This document shows positions 9,766 to 20,059 of a stretch of DNA of 64,000 nucleotides, in pieces (the stretch's first letter is position 1; each line of letters begins with the position of its first letter). The DNA is taken from assembly GCA_963704165.1 (NCBI GenBank), contig CAVPHD010000001.1, positions 96,001 to 160,000 of the forward strand. The letters are read 5' to 3'. The stretch comes from an uncultured delta proteobacterium (lineage in GTDB: Bacteria > Myxococcota_A > UBA9160 > SZUA-336). The translations under genes were made by a program, and so were the position numbers. The notes under the pieces were generated by a model that worked only from the letters and a program-made list of their open reading frames with translations, ran no database searches and was not told the DNA's origin.

Positions 9766-10290
9766 TCAGCTGACGGCCGTCAGTGCGGCGAGCACAGCCT
9801 CCACGATCGAATCCGCCTTCGCCTGCATCTCGGCGTCGGTCGCGTCCTGGATCGGGTGAGGCACGAAGACTCGCTCGACCTCGGGAAGACCGAGCGCGAC
9901 CGCCTGGCTTTCGGCGGCGTCCTCGAAGACGCTCGAGGCGATGAAGACCGATGGCTTGCCCTGGATTTCGAACCAGACCGTGTCGTGCACACTGCACGTC
10001 GTACAGGACCCTCAATCGGCGAGAGCTTCGATCACGAAGCCGCACTCCTCGGCGATCTGGCGGCGCAGGTCGAGCGGCGCGGGCTTGGTGAAGGTCGGCT
10101 TCCGATAGCGCCGGAAGCTGACCCCCGGAAGCCGCTCGCGAAGACGCTGCTCGAGACGCTCGAGCAGCACGTCTCCGCGGGGCTTGATGATGTCGAGAAG
10201 GCCAATGGTGCCGGAGAGCTTCGCGGGGCGACGGGCGAGCGCGCGCCGGACGGGCCTGCGCTCATCGGTGGGATCGAGGATCGTCGTCAT
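9766..10290 (-). CDS. UGSC-family selenoprotein (Sec at UGA 10012-10014), 174 aa
   Basis: ORFs 10012-10290 and 9766-9990 are in the same frame. Readthrough gives EALAD-U-GSCTTCSVHD, and a hairpin follows the UGA. Confidence 0.88.
9978..10007 (-). promoter_or_regulatory. Putative bacterial SECIS element
   Basis: Upper stem CGUGCA/UGCACG with a GUG apical loop starting 20 nt after the UGA. Lower stem CCUGU/ACA(C)GG. Confidence 0.6.
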
Positions 10291-11869
10291 GGTTTCCCTC
10301 CGTCGTCGATCTTGCGGGTCGTCATGACCGAGCCGAGCGGCCCGGAGACCCAGCCCTGAAAGTAGGCGCCGAACTTGCCCGCCTCGCCACCGGCGACCAC
10401 GAGGGTGATCTCCGTCGCCGTGCGGAATTTCGGAATCCGCGTGTCAGCGCCGAGCTTCTCGACGATCTCGACGGGAAGACCCTCGGCGCACTCCGGCTCG
10501 CGGGCGAGTTCGCGCAGCGGACGCGCGCTGACCTCCTGAATGCGTGCGCGCAGCTGATCCTTCGTGAAGCCGTCGCGCGCGAAGGTGTCGACGTGCTCCG
10601 GCGGCACCACGACGACGATCTCGCCGTGCATGTAGTGCTTGGGATGGTTCGCTCGCCGCGAGCGACGAGGCCGTAGCTCGTCGGCGAGCGTACGCGCGTC
10701 GCGCGCGAGCTGGTCGATGAAGCCGGTCGGCCCGCCGCCGGCGAAGACCGTGACGGTGCTCTCGTGACGCGCGAAGCCGCGCTCGACGTGCAGCGGCTCC
10801 CAGGCGCTCCGCTCCTCGTTCTCCGCGAAGCAGAGCGTGAACTTGCCGGGCTGCCCGAGCGTCGCGCGATCGACCTCGCCGGGCCGCCCGCCGCCGACGT
10901 TGCGCACGACCAGCTGAAGGGCGCGGCCGATCGTGGCGTTCGCGCGGTTGCCCTGGCCCGAGGCAGTTGATCCCGGAGTTCATCCCGATCCGGTCGCGGA
11001 TCGGTCCGTTCACGATCAGCACCGGCGTCGGAAAGTACGTGGTCGCGAGCACCCCGTGCATGTTGAACTCGTCGGTGCAGATCGCCTCGACGGCGGCGAT
11101 CACGACCGGCAGGTACTCGGGCTTGCAGCCGGCCATCACCGCGTTGATCGCGATCTTCTCGACCGTCGCGGGTGCGTAGTTCGGCGGGACGTCGGCGACG
11201 ACGTCCTGCGCCGAACGGCGCGTGCCGCCGAGCATTCGCATGACACGCTCCGGTGTCGGCGGAACGACCGGCAGACCGTCGGCAGAGACCCTGGTCGAAG
11301 AGGAACTCGAACGGGTCGTCCGAGCTCCCGATCTCGATCCGGCGCGCGCGAAGCGGCGAGCCCGATCCCCGCGCCTCGAGCTGCGCGGCCAGATCGGGAT
11401 CGTTGGAGCGCGAGCCGCAGCCCGGTCGGAGCTCGGGAAGTCCGGACCAGTCGATCTCCGGAGCGGCGCGACCCGAGAGCCTCGAGAGCTCGGCGAAGAG
11501 CTCGACCCAGTCCGCCCGCGCAAATCCCTCGAATCGCGCGATCTCGCGGCCACGGGAATCGAGCAGAATCGTGGTCGGCACGGCGTCGATCGCGGCCTCG
11601 AACGAGACCGCGAGCGCCGAGTCATCGAGGACGGCGGCGCGAAGTCCGTGTTTCTCGCGGAACGCGCGGCCGCCGTCGTCGTCCTGCGAGACGATCGCGA
11701 CATCGACCTGCGCGCCGAACGTCGCGTGCGCGGAGTCGACGAGCGGGAGCGTCAGCTCACAGGTCGGACAGCCCGAGTGCGCGAACACCAGCAGCCTCGC
11801 ACGCGACGACGGCCACAGGTGCTCGCGGCCCTCGGTATCGAGCAAGCGGAACGCAGGGATCACCGCCAC
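10287..11869 (-). CDS. Redoxin (CPTC) domain fused to the DGLPVVPPT-type domain that partners UGSC proteins; frameshifted
   Basis: N-terminal thioredoxin/peroxiredoxin fold with CPTC, a PGCGS linker, then DGLPVVPPTPERV, NAVMAGC and GNRANATIGRA across three frames. Indels near 11283, 10958 and 10655-10685. Overlaps the selenoprotein start (ATGA). Confidence 0.8.
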
Positions 11870-11885
11870 GTCGGCAGTATACCGG

Positions 11886-12902
11886 TCAGCGGGCTCGCGC
11901 CTGCTTCGACGGCTTTGGCCCGCGCAGCTTCTCGAGCTGGTCGCGGAAGCGCTCGCACGGATCCTCGTCGTCGACGCGCGGCGTGAACCAGATCAGATCG
12001 AAGGACGCCGGCACCAGCTGCGAAGCCTGGCCTTCGAGGTCCGCCGTCTCGCCGCCCCCGCTCGGAGCCTCGACGAACCCGAGGACCAGGTGACTCCGCT
12101 TCGGAGCGCGCCGCCCGAGATAGATCGGTACGCCGCGGTCACCGCGCACGTGCCCGGCGCCCGCGACCAGCACGGCGCCGTCGGAGCCCGACGCGCCGAG
12201 AAGCGCGTCCGCGAGCACCGCATCCCTCGCGCGCTGCGTCGCGATCATCGCCTCGACCATCGCGTCGGGCGCCATTCCGCAGTGTGCCGAGCGCACCTCG
12301 TCGACGAGCGTCTGCCGCGCGGCCTCGGAAAGATCCGGCTCGAGCGCGAGCCGCTCGCGCTCTTCGACCGGAAGCGCGTCGAGCCCCCCGTGACGAAGGC
12401 GCGCGAGATCCGCGCGAGTGAGATCGCCCGGCAGGATCGCGAGACGCGCCGCGAGCGCAGATGCAAAAACCGGCCGGTAGAGCGCGAAGTCCGGCCACCC
12501 GCTCTGCGCCCAATCGAGCGCGGCGCCGAGCGCGTCGGGATCGTCGGGACGACCCGTGAGCGTAGCTTCGAGCGCACCTGCCCGATCGCGCGGAATCATC
12601 TCGAACACGACCGCGGGTCTTCGACCCGAGCGCACGAGTCCGTCGATCAGCCATGCCTCCAGCCGGTGGTGATCGGGGTTGTCGTGCTTCTCGCCGAGCA
12701 GGACGAAGTCGGCGCTCGCCGCTCGCTCGACGACGAGCGCGGGAGCGACGAAGCGACGTGCGGCGGTGTCGAAGACGCGCCCCGTCAGCGGATGCTCGCG
12801 ACCGAGGGGAGCGCTCCACTCGAGCCACGGCTCGGTTCGTACGGCGAGCGCGGGCGTGAGCCGCGCGCAGCCGATGGCCGTGCTCGCGGCGAGCATCACC
12901 AC
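11886..12902 (-). CDS. ChaN family (iron-regulated, heme-uptake-like) lipoprotein
   Basis: Lipobox AIGC; VLLGEKHDNPDHH, FEMI, AHCG, QRARD and AGAGHVR motifs. Confidence 0.88.
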   Translation of the reverse strand: MVMLAASTAIGCARLTPALAVRTEPWLEWSAPLGREHPLTGRVFDTAARRFVAPALVVERAASADFVLLGEKHDNPDHHRLEAWLIDGLVRSGRRPAVVFEMIPRDRAGALEATLTGRPDDPDALGAALDWAQSGWPDFALYRPVFASALAARLAILPGDLTRADLARLRHGGLDALPVEERERLALEPDLSEAARQTLVDEVRSAHCGMAPDAMVEAMIATQRARDAVLADALLGASGSDGAVLVAGAGHVRGDRGVPIYLGRRAPKRSHLVLGFVEAPSGGGETADLEGQASQLVPASFDLIWFTPRVDDEDPCERFRDQLEKLRGPKPSKQARAR

Positions 12903-13052
12903 GGCGGCGACGACGCGCGCGTTCAGGCGAGCCGCTTCTTCGAGTGAAGTCCGATGCGCGGCGGCAGCGCGCGGAGCATCGAGATCACGGTCTGGAGTTC
13001 GGCGCTGGCGATGTCGGCTCCTTCGCGATCGGCGAATCGGAAGTCTACTCCG

Positions 13053-13694
13053 TCAACCCGATTGCAGGTCCACACCCGCGAGCGCGAGCCCGATCCAGAC
13101 GAATCCGAGCCCGAGCGAGCACAGCGACGCTGCGAGGAAGACCGCGCGGTAGGCGCGTCCGCCCTCTTCGCGGGGCGCGAGCACACCGAGCAGCCAGGCG
13201 ACGCCCATCATGGAGACGACCGTTCCGACGCCGAAGCCCGCCAGATAGACCGCGGAATCGCCGAACGAGTGCATTCCCGCCGCCGGCAAGACCGCGAGGG
13301 TGCTTCCGGTTCCGACCAGGCCGTGCAGCGTGCCGATCGAGAGCGCAGCGGTTGCGTGAACGTGCACGCGCTCGGAGCCCGCCGAGCGCGAGAAGTGATC
13401 GACGGAGTGCTGCAGGTGCCAGAGCGCCCAGACGCCGACCGCCACAAGCACGCCGCCCACGAGGTAATCGCCGACACCCTCGAGCAGCGCGAGATCGAGC
13501 CAGTCGGTGGCCGAGACGACGAGCAGCGCGACCGCGATGATGCCGAGCGCGTGGCCCAGTCCCCAGCGCAGGCCGACCACCCACGCGCGCCGGTGCGCCT
13601 CGACCGAGAACGGAGCGAGCGCGGCGACGTGATCGGGCCCGAGCAGGACGTGCCCGAATCCCGCCGCGATGCCGGTGAAGAGGATGAGGATCAC
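13053..13694 (-). CDS. Nickel/cobalt transporter-like membrane protein (UreH/NiCoT-related)
   Basis: HVLLGPDHVAA, WGLGH, a His-containing loop and GTLHGLVG, with about six TM helices. The GTG start overlaps the upstream TGA. Confidence 0.8.
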   Translation of the reverse strand: MILILFTGIAAGFGHVLLGPDHVAALAPFSVEAHRRAWVVGLRWGLGHALGIIAVALLVVSATDWLDLALLEGVGDYLVGGVLVAVGVWALWHLQHSVDHFSRSAGSERVHVHATAALSIGTLHGLVGTGSTLAVLPAAGMHSFGDSAVYLAGFGVGTVVSMMGVAWLLGVLAPREEGGRAYRAVFLAASLCSLGLGFVWIGLALAGVDLQSG

Positions 13695-14227
13695 GAGGCG
13701 GGTCGTGCGAGCGCGACCCGATACTCGGCCGCGAGCTCGACGTAGTGTCGATTCTGCTCGTCGAGCTCCGCTCGCTCCTCGTCGGAAACCAGCCGCACCA
13801 GGCGAGCGGGCCGGCCGAGCCAGAGCTCGCGCGACCCGACGCGCTTTCCCGGGGAGAGCAACGCTCCCGCGCCGAGCATCCCCTCGCTCGACACGACGGC
13901 CCCGTCGAGGATGACCGAGCCCATCCCGACGAACGCGCGATCCTCCAGCGTGCATGCGTGCACGATGCAGCCGTGGCCGATCGTGACCTCTACACCGATC
14001 AGGGTCGCGAACCCGGCGCGAGAGACGTGGATGATCGAACCGTCCTGGAGGTTCGTGCGCGCGCCGATGCGGACGCGCTGGACGTCCCCGCGGACCACGC
14101 AGCCGAACCAGACGCTCGCCTGCGCTCCGAGCTCGACGTCGCCGATCAGCGTCGCTCCCGGCGCGACGAACGCATCGGGAGCGAGCCGCGGCCAGGTGCC
14201 TCGATGAGGTAGGACCCGAGCTTCCAA
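13691..14227 (-). CDS. Gamma carbonic anhydrase family protein
   Basis: Hexapeptide repeats; VRGD, NLQDGSIIH, TIGH, VHAC and GRPAR motifs. Confidence 0.93.
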   Translation of the reverse strand: MEARVLPHRGTWPRLAPDAFVAPGATLIGDVELGAQASVWFGCVVRGDVQRVRIGARTNLQDGSIIHVSRAGFATLIGVEVTIGHGCIVHACTLEDRAFVGMGSVILDGAVVSSEGMLGAGALLSPGKRVGSRELWLGRPARLVRLVSDEERAELDEQNRHYVELAAEYRVALARPAS

Positions 14228-14297
14228 GGTGGGCGGATTCTAACGCTCGCGCGCGGCCTTAGAGGGTTGGCGAGGCGCCCGGATCCCGGCCCGGATC

Positions 14298-14329
14298 AAT
14301 CTTGACTTGGTTGTACAGTTTATTAGGCT
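14298..14329 (+). promoter_or_regulatory. Putative suf promoter overlapped by an Rrf2/IscR-like operator
   Basis: AT-rich AATCTTGACTTGGTTGTACAGTTTATT with TTGACT (14302-14307) and TAGGCT (14324-14329), just upstream of the Rrf2 gene. Confidence 0.6.
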
Positions 14330-14338
14330 GCGGTCACG

Positions 14339-14812
14339 ATGCAGCTTCTCGCCCAGGAAGAGTACGGGCTGCGCTGCCTGGTCCAGGTGGCGCGCCAGCG
14401 TGGCTCGGATCCGCTGACGATCCCCGAGATCGCCTCGCGTGAGGGCATCTCCCCCGAGTACGCGGCCAAGCTGATGCGCGCGCTGCGCCAGACCGGGCTC
14501 GTGGTCAGCACGCGCGGTGCCGGCGGGGGCTATCACCTCGCGCGTCCGGCGCGCGAGATCACCGCCTGGCAGGTGATCGATGCGCTCGGCGGCTCGCTCT
14601 TCCCCGAGGAGTTCTGCGACTCCCACCCCGGACAGCTGCACGACTGCGTGCATTCGACCGGCTGCTCGCTTCGCGGACTCTGGAGCTCGGTCGAGAGCGC
14701 GATCCGCGAAATCCTGGAAGGCACGACCGTCGCCGATCTGGCTGGCGGCGATCGGGCACTGCACGCGATCGGCGCTCCCCCGCTTGCACCGAAGACGGAC
14801 CTGACGCGATGA
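14339..14812 (+). CDS. Rrf2 family Fe-S cluster assembly regulator
   Basis: [19 protein letters not shown] and three Cys (C-x9-C-x5-C); heads the suf operon. Confidence 0.92.
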   Translation: MQLLAQEEYGLRCLVQVARQRGSDPLTIPEIASREGISPEYAAKLMRALRQTGLVVSTRGAGGGYHLARPAREITAWQVIDALGGSLFPEEFCDSHPGQLHDCVHSTGCSLRGLWSSVESAIREILEGTTVADLAGGDRALHAIGAPPLAPKTDLTR

Positions 14813-16257
14813 GCGGCAATGCGGAGCTCGAAGCGCTCGCGAATCGCGAGTACCAGGCCGGCTTCACCACCGACGTCGAGTCCGAAACCGTCGCGCCGGG
14901 GCTAGATCCCGACGTGATCCGACGCATCTCGGAGAAGAAGGGCGAGCCACCCTGGCTGCTCGACTGGCGGCTGCGCGCCTTCGCCCGCTGGCTCGAGATG
15001 CGCGAGGAGGACGCGCGCTGGGCGAACGTCACGTTCCCGAAGATCGACTACCAGGCGATCAGCTACTACTCCGCGCCCAAACCACGCAAGAAGCTCGGCA
15101 GCATGGACGAGGTCGATCCGGAGATCCGCGCGACTTTCGAGAAACTCGGAATTCCACTCAGTGAGCAGAAGATGCTCTCCGGCGTCGCGGTCGATGCGGT
15201 CTTCGACTCCGTCTCCGTTGCCACGACGTTCCGCTCGAAGCTCGCCGAACTCGGAATCATCTTCTGCTCGTTCTCGGACGCGGTGAAGAGTCACCCGGAT
15301 CTCGTTCGTAAGTATCTCGGGTCGGTCGTTCCGTACGCCGACAACTACTTCGCGACGCTGAACTCGGCGGTATTCACGGATGGATCGTTCGTCTACATCC
15401 CGCCCGGCGTCCGCTGCCCGATGGAGCTCTCGACCTACTTCCGGATCAACGAGGCGAAGACCGGCCAGTTCGAGCGGACGCTGATCGTCGCCGACGAGGG
15501 CGCCTACGTCTCGTACCTCGAGGGCTGTACCGCGCCGATGCGCGACGAGAACCAGCTGCACGCCGCCGTCGTCGAGCTCGTCGCGCTCGAGCGCGCGACG
15601 ATCAAGTACTCGACGGTGCAGAACTGGTATCCGGGTGACCGTGAGGGCCGCGGCGGCATCTACAACTTCGTCACCAAGCGCGGCGCATGCCGTGGAAGGC
15701 GCTCGAAGATCAGCTGGACGCAGGTCGAGACGGGATCCGCGATCACCTGGAAGTACCCGAGCTGCATCCTTCAGGGCGAGGAATCGGTCGGCGAGTTCTA
15801 TTCGGTTGCCGTGACGAATCACCGTCAGCAAGCCGACACCGGCACGAAGATGATCCACATCGGAAAGAACACGACGAGTACGATCGTCTCGAAGGGCATC
15901 TCGTGCGGCCGCGGCCAGCAGACCTACCGCGGCCTGGTCGAGGTCCACCAGAAGGCGAAGGGCGCGCGCAATCACTCGCAGTGCGACTCCCTGTTGATCG
16001 GCGACCGTTGCGGCGCGCACACCTTTCCCTATCTGGACGTCCGCAACGCGAGCGCGCGCGTCGAGCACGAGGCCACGACGAGCAAGATCAGCGAGGACCA
16101 GCTCTTCTACTGCCGGCAGCGGGGACTCGGAACCGAGGACGCCGTCTCGATGATCGTGAACGGCTTCTGCAAAGAGGTCTTCCGCGAGCTTCCGATGGAG
16201 TTCGCGGTCGAGGCCTCGAAGCTGCTCTCGGTCACGCTCGAAGGCGCGGTCGGCTAG
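14809..16257 (+). CDS. sufB: Fe-S cluster assembly protein SufB
   Basis: [32 protein letters not shown] and [10 protein letters not shown] motifs. Confidence 0.98.
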   Translation: MSGNAELEALANREYQAGFTTDVESETVAPGLDPDVIRRISEKKGEPPWLLDWRLRAFARWLEMREEDARWANVTFPKIDYQAISYYSAPKPRKKLGSMDEVDPEIRATFEKLGIPLSEQKMLSGVAVDAVFDSVSVATTFRSKLAELGIIFCSFSDAVKSHPDLVRKYLGSVVPYADNYFATLNSAVFTDGSFVYIPPGVRCPMELSTYFRINEAKTGQFERTLIVADEGAYVSYLEGCTAPMRDENQLHAAVVELVALERATIKYSTVQNWYPGDREGRGGIYNFVTKRGACRGRRSKISWTQVETGSAITWKYPSCILQGEESVGEFYSVAVTNHRQQADTGTKMIHIGKNTTSTIVSKGISCGRGQQTYRGLVEVHQKAKGARNHSQCDSLLIGDRCGAHTFPYLDVRNASARVEHEATTSKISEDQLFYCRQRGLGTEDAVSMIVNGFCKEVFRELPMEFAVEASKLLSVTLEGAVG

Positions 16258-16270
16258 GCACGGAGGCTTC

Positions 16271-17035
16271 ATGCTCGAGATCCGGAATCTGCACGCCCGA
16301 GTCGCCGGAAAGGAGATCTTGAACGGTCTCGATCTGGTCGTACGCGCCGGCGAAGTCCACGCGATGATGGGCCCGAACGGATCGGGAAAGAGCACGCTCG
16401 CGAACGTGCTCGCGGGCCGTGAGGGCTACGAGGTCACGTCGGGAAGCGTGCTGTACCGAGGACGCGATCTGCTCGCGCTCTCGCCCGAAGAGCGCGCGCG
16501 CGAGGGCGTCTTTCTCGCGTTCCAGTACCCGGTCGAGATCCCCGGGGTGACCAACTCGTACTTCATGAAGGCCGCGACGAATGCGGTCCGCGTACATCGT
16601 GGTCTTCCCGAGCTCGATGCGATCGACTTCCTGACGCTCGTGAAGCAGACGATGAAGGCGCTCGAGATGGACGAGAAGTTCCTCTCGCGTTCGGTGAACG
16701 AGGGATTCTCCGGCGGCGAGAAGAAGCGAAACGAGATCCTCCAGATGCTTCTGCTCGAGCCGACGCTCGCCGTGCTCGACGAGACCGACTCCGGGCTCGA
16801 CATCGACGCGCTTCGGATCGTCGCCGACGGCGTGAACCGACTGCGCTCGAGAGAGCGCGCGGTGCTCGTGATCACGCACTACCAGCGGCTGCTCGACTAC
16901 CTCGTCCCCGACAAGACGCACGTGCTGATGGGCGGACGGATCGTGAAGTCGGGCGATCGCTCGCTGGCACTCGAGCTCGAGAAGCGCGGCTACGGCTGGA
17001 TCGAGGGCGAGCTCGCAAGGACCACGCCGACATGA
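16271..17035 (+). CDS. sufC: Fe-S cluster assembly ATPase SufC
   Basis: GPNGSGKS, FQYPVEIPGV, FSGGEKKR and LDETDSGLD motifs. Confidence 0.98.
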   Translation: MLEIRNLHARVAGKEILNGLDLVVRAGEVHAMMGPNGSGKSTLANVLAGREGYEVTSGSVLYRGRDLLALSPEERAREGVFLAFQYPVEIPGVTNSYFMKAATNAVRVHRGLPELDAIDFLTLVKQTMKALEMDEKFLSRSVNEGFSGGEKKRNEILQMLLLEPTLAVLDETDSGLDIDALRIVADGVNRLRSRERAVLVITHYQRLLDYLVPDKTHVLMGGRIVKSGDRSLALELEKRGYGWIEGELARTTPT

Positions 17036-18354
17036 GAGGCACGGCCGCCGAGCTCGCCTTCGCGCGCCACTTCGAGGCGCCGCGCGCAGAGCGCGAGGCG
17101 CGCGAGCCGGCCTGGCTCGGGCGATTCCGGGCCGAGGCATTCGGAGCATTCGAGGCGCAAGGGCTGCCGACGACCCGGCTCGAGGCCTGGCGCTTCACGT
17201 CGCTCGCCGATCTCGAGCCGCTCACGATCGGCGTCTCCGCGGATCGCGTCGCTTCGGAAACCGTGCTCGGACCCTCCTCGATCGAAGTCGGCCCTGCACA
17301 CCGGCTGGTGTTCGTGAACGGGCGGTATTCGTCGGCGCTCTCGGCGGTGTTCCCGGTCCCGGCGGGCTGCCGCGTCAGTCCGCTCTCGACGGTGCTGGCG
17401 ACCGATCCGGGCGCGGTCGAGCGCACGCTCGCGGACGCCGCGGACGCGAAGACGCGCCCGTTCGTGGCCCTGAACTCCGCGCTCTTCGACGACGGCGTCT
17501 TCGTCGAGCTGGCCGAAGGAGTGACGCTCGACCGGCCGGTGCATGCGATCTTCGTGCAGACCGGTGCGGGCGAGCCGATCGCCGCGCACGTGCGAACGCT
17601 GATCTCGGCAGCTGCGGGCAGCCGCGCGCTCGTCGTCGAGCACCACCACGGCGAAGCGCCCCGATCCGACGTGACGAACGCGGTGACGGAGATCCGCGTC
17701 GGCGAGGCGGCCACCGTCGATCACGTCGTCGTGCAGGAGCTACCCGACCGGAGCACGCTGTTCGCGGCCGTCATCTCGCGGCAAGACGCGGGGAGCCACC
17801 TCGGGCTGCACTCGCTCGCGCTAGGCGCTTCGCTCGCCCGCGTGGAGTTCGAGAGCCGGCTCGAAGGAGAAGGGGCGGAGCTCGACATGAACGGGCTCTA
17901 CCTCGGACGCGCGGCGCAACACATCGACCATCACACGACGATCGACCACGCCGTGGGGCGCACGACCAGCCGTGAGCTCTTCAAGGGCGTGCTCGACGAG
18001 CGCGCGCACGGAGTGTTCCACGGCCGGGTCCGCGTGCGGCCGGATGCCCAGAAGATCAGCGCCGATCAGACCAATCGCACGCTGCTCCTCTCCGATGCTG
18101 CGAAGATCAACAGCAAGCCGCAGCTCGAGATCCATGCCGACGACGTGAAATGCAGTCACGGCGCGACGATCGGCCAGCTCGACGATGCGCAGCTCTTCTA
18201 CCTGCGCGCGCGCGGCCTCGATCTGGAGGCAGCCCGCGCGCTGCTCACGGCCGCCTTCGCCAGCGAGGTGCTCGCGCGGCTGCCGTCGGAGACGCTGCGT
18301 ACGTCGGCCGAGAACGCGTTGCTCGCCTGGCTGCCGCGAGGCGGCACGTCGTGA
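17032..18354 (+). CDS. sufD: Fe-S cluster assembly protein SufD
   Basis: EAWRFT, KPQLEIHADDVKCSHGAT and LFYLRARG motifs. Confidence 0.96.
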   Translation: MRGTAAELAFARHFEAPRAEREAREPAWLGRFRAEAFGAFEAQGLPTTRLEAWRFTSLADLEPLTIGVSADRVASETVLGPSSIEVGPAHRLVFVNGRYSSALSAVFPVPAGCRVSPLSTVLATDPGAVERTLADAADAKTRPFVALNSALFDDGVFVELAEGVTLDRPVHAIFVQTGAGEPIAAHVRTLISAAAGSRALVVEHHHGEAPRSDVTNAVTEIRVGEAATVDHVVVQELPDRSTLFAAVISRQDAGSHLGLHSLALGASLARVEFESRLEGEGAELDMNGLYLGRAAQHIDHHTTIDHAVGRTTSRELFKGVLDERAHGVFHGRVRVRPDAQKISADQTNRTLLLSDAAKINSKPQLEIHADDVKCSHGATIGQLDDAQLFYLRARGLDLEAARALLTAAFASEVLARLPSETLRTSAENALLAWLPRGGTS

Positions 18355-19604
18355 CGACCGCGGCGGAAACGTCCCCGACCCGTCGCACGCTCGACGTCGA
18401 AGCGCTGCGCAAGCAGTTTCCGATCCTCGCGCGGCAGGTGCACGGAAAGCCGCTCGTCTACCTGGACAGCGCGGCCTCGAGTCAGAAACCCGCGTGCGTG
18501 ATCGAGTCGATCGCCGACTACTACGGACGCTATCACTCGAACGTGCATCGGGGCGTGCACACGCTCTCCGAAGAGGCGACGAGCGCCTACGAGCGCGCGC
18601 GCGCAAAGGTGCAGCTCTTCCTTCGCGCGACCTCGCCACGCGAGATCGTCTTCGTGCGCGGAACGACCGAGGCGATCAACCTCGTCGCGCAGGCATGGGC
18701 GCGTCCGAGGCTCGTCCCGGGTGACGAGGTGCTCGTGACCGCACTCGAGCACCACTCGAATCTGGTGCCCTGGCAGATCGTCTGCGAACAAACGGGCGCG
18801 AAGCTCGTCGTCGCGCCAATCGACGAGCGCGGGGACGTGCCCCGCGAGGAGTACGTGCGGAAGTTGTCCAAGCGCACGCGCGTGGTCGCGCTCGCGCAGG
18901 TTTCGAACGCGCTCGGCACCGTCCTGCCGATCTCGGAGTTCTCGCGCCTCGCGAAACAGGTCGGAGCGACCGTGGTCGTCGACGGCGCCCAGGGTGTTCC
19001 GCACCTGCCCGTGGACGTCGGCGATCTCGGTTGCGACTTCTACGCGTTCTCGGGTCACAAGATGTACGCACCGACCGGGATCGGCGCCCTCTTCGGACGG
19101 CTCGATCTCCTCGACGAGATGGAGCCATGGCAGAGCGGCGGCTCGATGATCCGCAACGTGACGTTCGAGAAGACGACCTTCGCGCCTCCGCCCGAGCGTT
19201 TCGAGGCCGGCACTCCGAACATCGAGGGAGCGATCGGCCTCGGCGCCGCGATCGATTTCCTCGAACAGCTCGATCTCGAGGCCGTTCACGCGCACGAGGC
19301 GGATCTGGTCGAATACGCGAGCGCGAAGCTCGAGGCGATTCCGGGCGTTCGACTGATCGGCACCGCGCGCGACCGCGTGGGCCTCGTGTCGTTCGTCGTC
19401 GGAGACGTGCACGCTCACGACGTCGGCACGATCCTCGACGGCGAAGGCATCGCCGTGCGCGCGGGACACCACTGCGCACAGCCCGTGATGGATTACTTCG
19501 AGGTGCCCGCGACCGCGCGCGCCTCGTTCGCTGTCCACAACGGACGCGACGACGTCGACCGACTCGTTGCCGGCGTGCAGCGGGTGCTGGAGATCTTCGC
19601 CTGA
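18351..19604 (+). CDS. sufS: Cysteine desulfurase SufS
   Basis: YLDSAASSQKP, EHHSN, SGHK and RAGHHCA motifs. The GTG start overlaps the sufD stop. Confidence 0.96.
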   Translation: MTTAAETSPTRRTLDVEALRKQFPILARQVHGKPLVYLDSAASSQKPACVIESIADYYGRYHSNVHRGVHTLSEEATSAYERARAKVQLFLRATSPREIVFVRGTTEAINLVAQAWARPRLVPGDEVLVTALEHHSNLVPWQIVCEQTGAKLVVAPIDERGDVPREEYVRKLSKRTRVVALAQVSNALGTVLPISEFSRLAKQVGATVVVDGAQGVPHLPVDVGDLGCDFYAFSGHKMYAPTGIGALFGRLDLLDEMEPWQSGGSMIRNVTFEKTTFAPPPERFEAGTPNIEGAIGLGAAIDFLEQLDLEAVHAHEADLVEYASAKLEAIPGVRLIGTARDRVGLVSFVVGDVHAHDVGTILDGEGIAVRAGHHCAQPVMDYFEVPATARASFAVHNGRDDVDRLVAGVQRVLEIFA

Positions 19605-20056
19605 TGTCGGACCTGCGCGACCTGTACCAGGAGGTCATCCTGGATCACACGAAGCACCCGCGGAACTTCGGGACGCTCGAGCGCGCGACGCATCGCGCCC
19701 AAGGGCACAACCCGCTGTGCGGCGATCAGCTCGCGCTCTTCGTCGAGGTCGAAGACGGGCGGCTGCGCGACGTTCGCTTCGCCGGCAAGGGCTGTGCGAT
19801 CTCGACGGCCTCGGCCTCCTTGTTGACCGAGGCCGTGAAGGGCAAGAGCACCGACGAAGCACACGAGCTTTTCGCGCGCTTCCACCGGGTGGTGACGACG
19901 CCCTCCGACGAGCCCGTGGACGTGTCCCTGCTCGGCAAGCTCGCGGTACTCGCGGGCGTGCGCGAGTTCCCGATGCGCGTGAAGTGCGCGAGTCTGGCGT
20001 GGCACACGCTCGAGGCGGCACTCGCCGGTCGAGCCGACCCGGTGACAACGGAGTAG
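19604..20056 (+). CDS. sufU: SUF system NifU-family protein SufU
   Basis: LYQEVILDH, NPLCGD, GCAIS and RVKCA motifs; TGATG overlap with sufS. Confidence 0.95.
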   Translation: MSDLRDLYQEVILDHTKHPRNFGTLERATHRAQGHNPLCGDQLALFVEVEDGRLRDVRFAGKGCAISTASASLLTEAVKGKSTDEAHELFARFHRVVTTPSDEPVDVSLLGKLAVLAGVREFPMRVKCASLAWHTLEAALAGRADPVTTE

Positions 20057-20059
20057 CAG

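Noticed and set aside
9766..10290. Two separate small genes (92 aa and 74 aa), as in the ORF track
   Set aside because: They are in frame, separated only by UGA plus seven codons forming the UGSC motif. A single selenoprotein explains this better.
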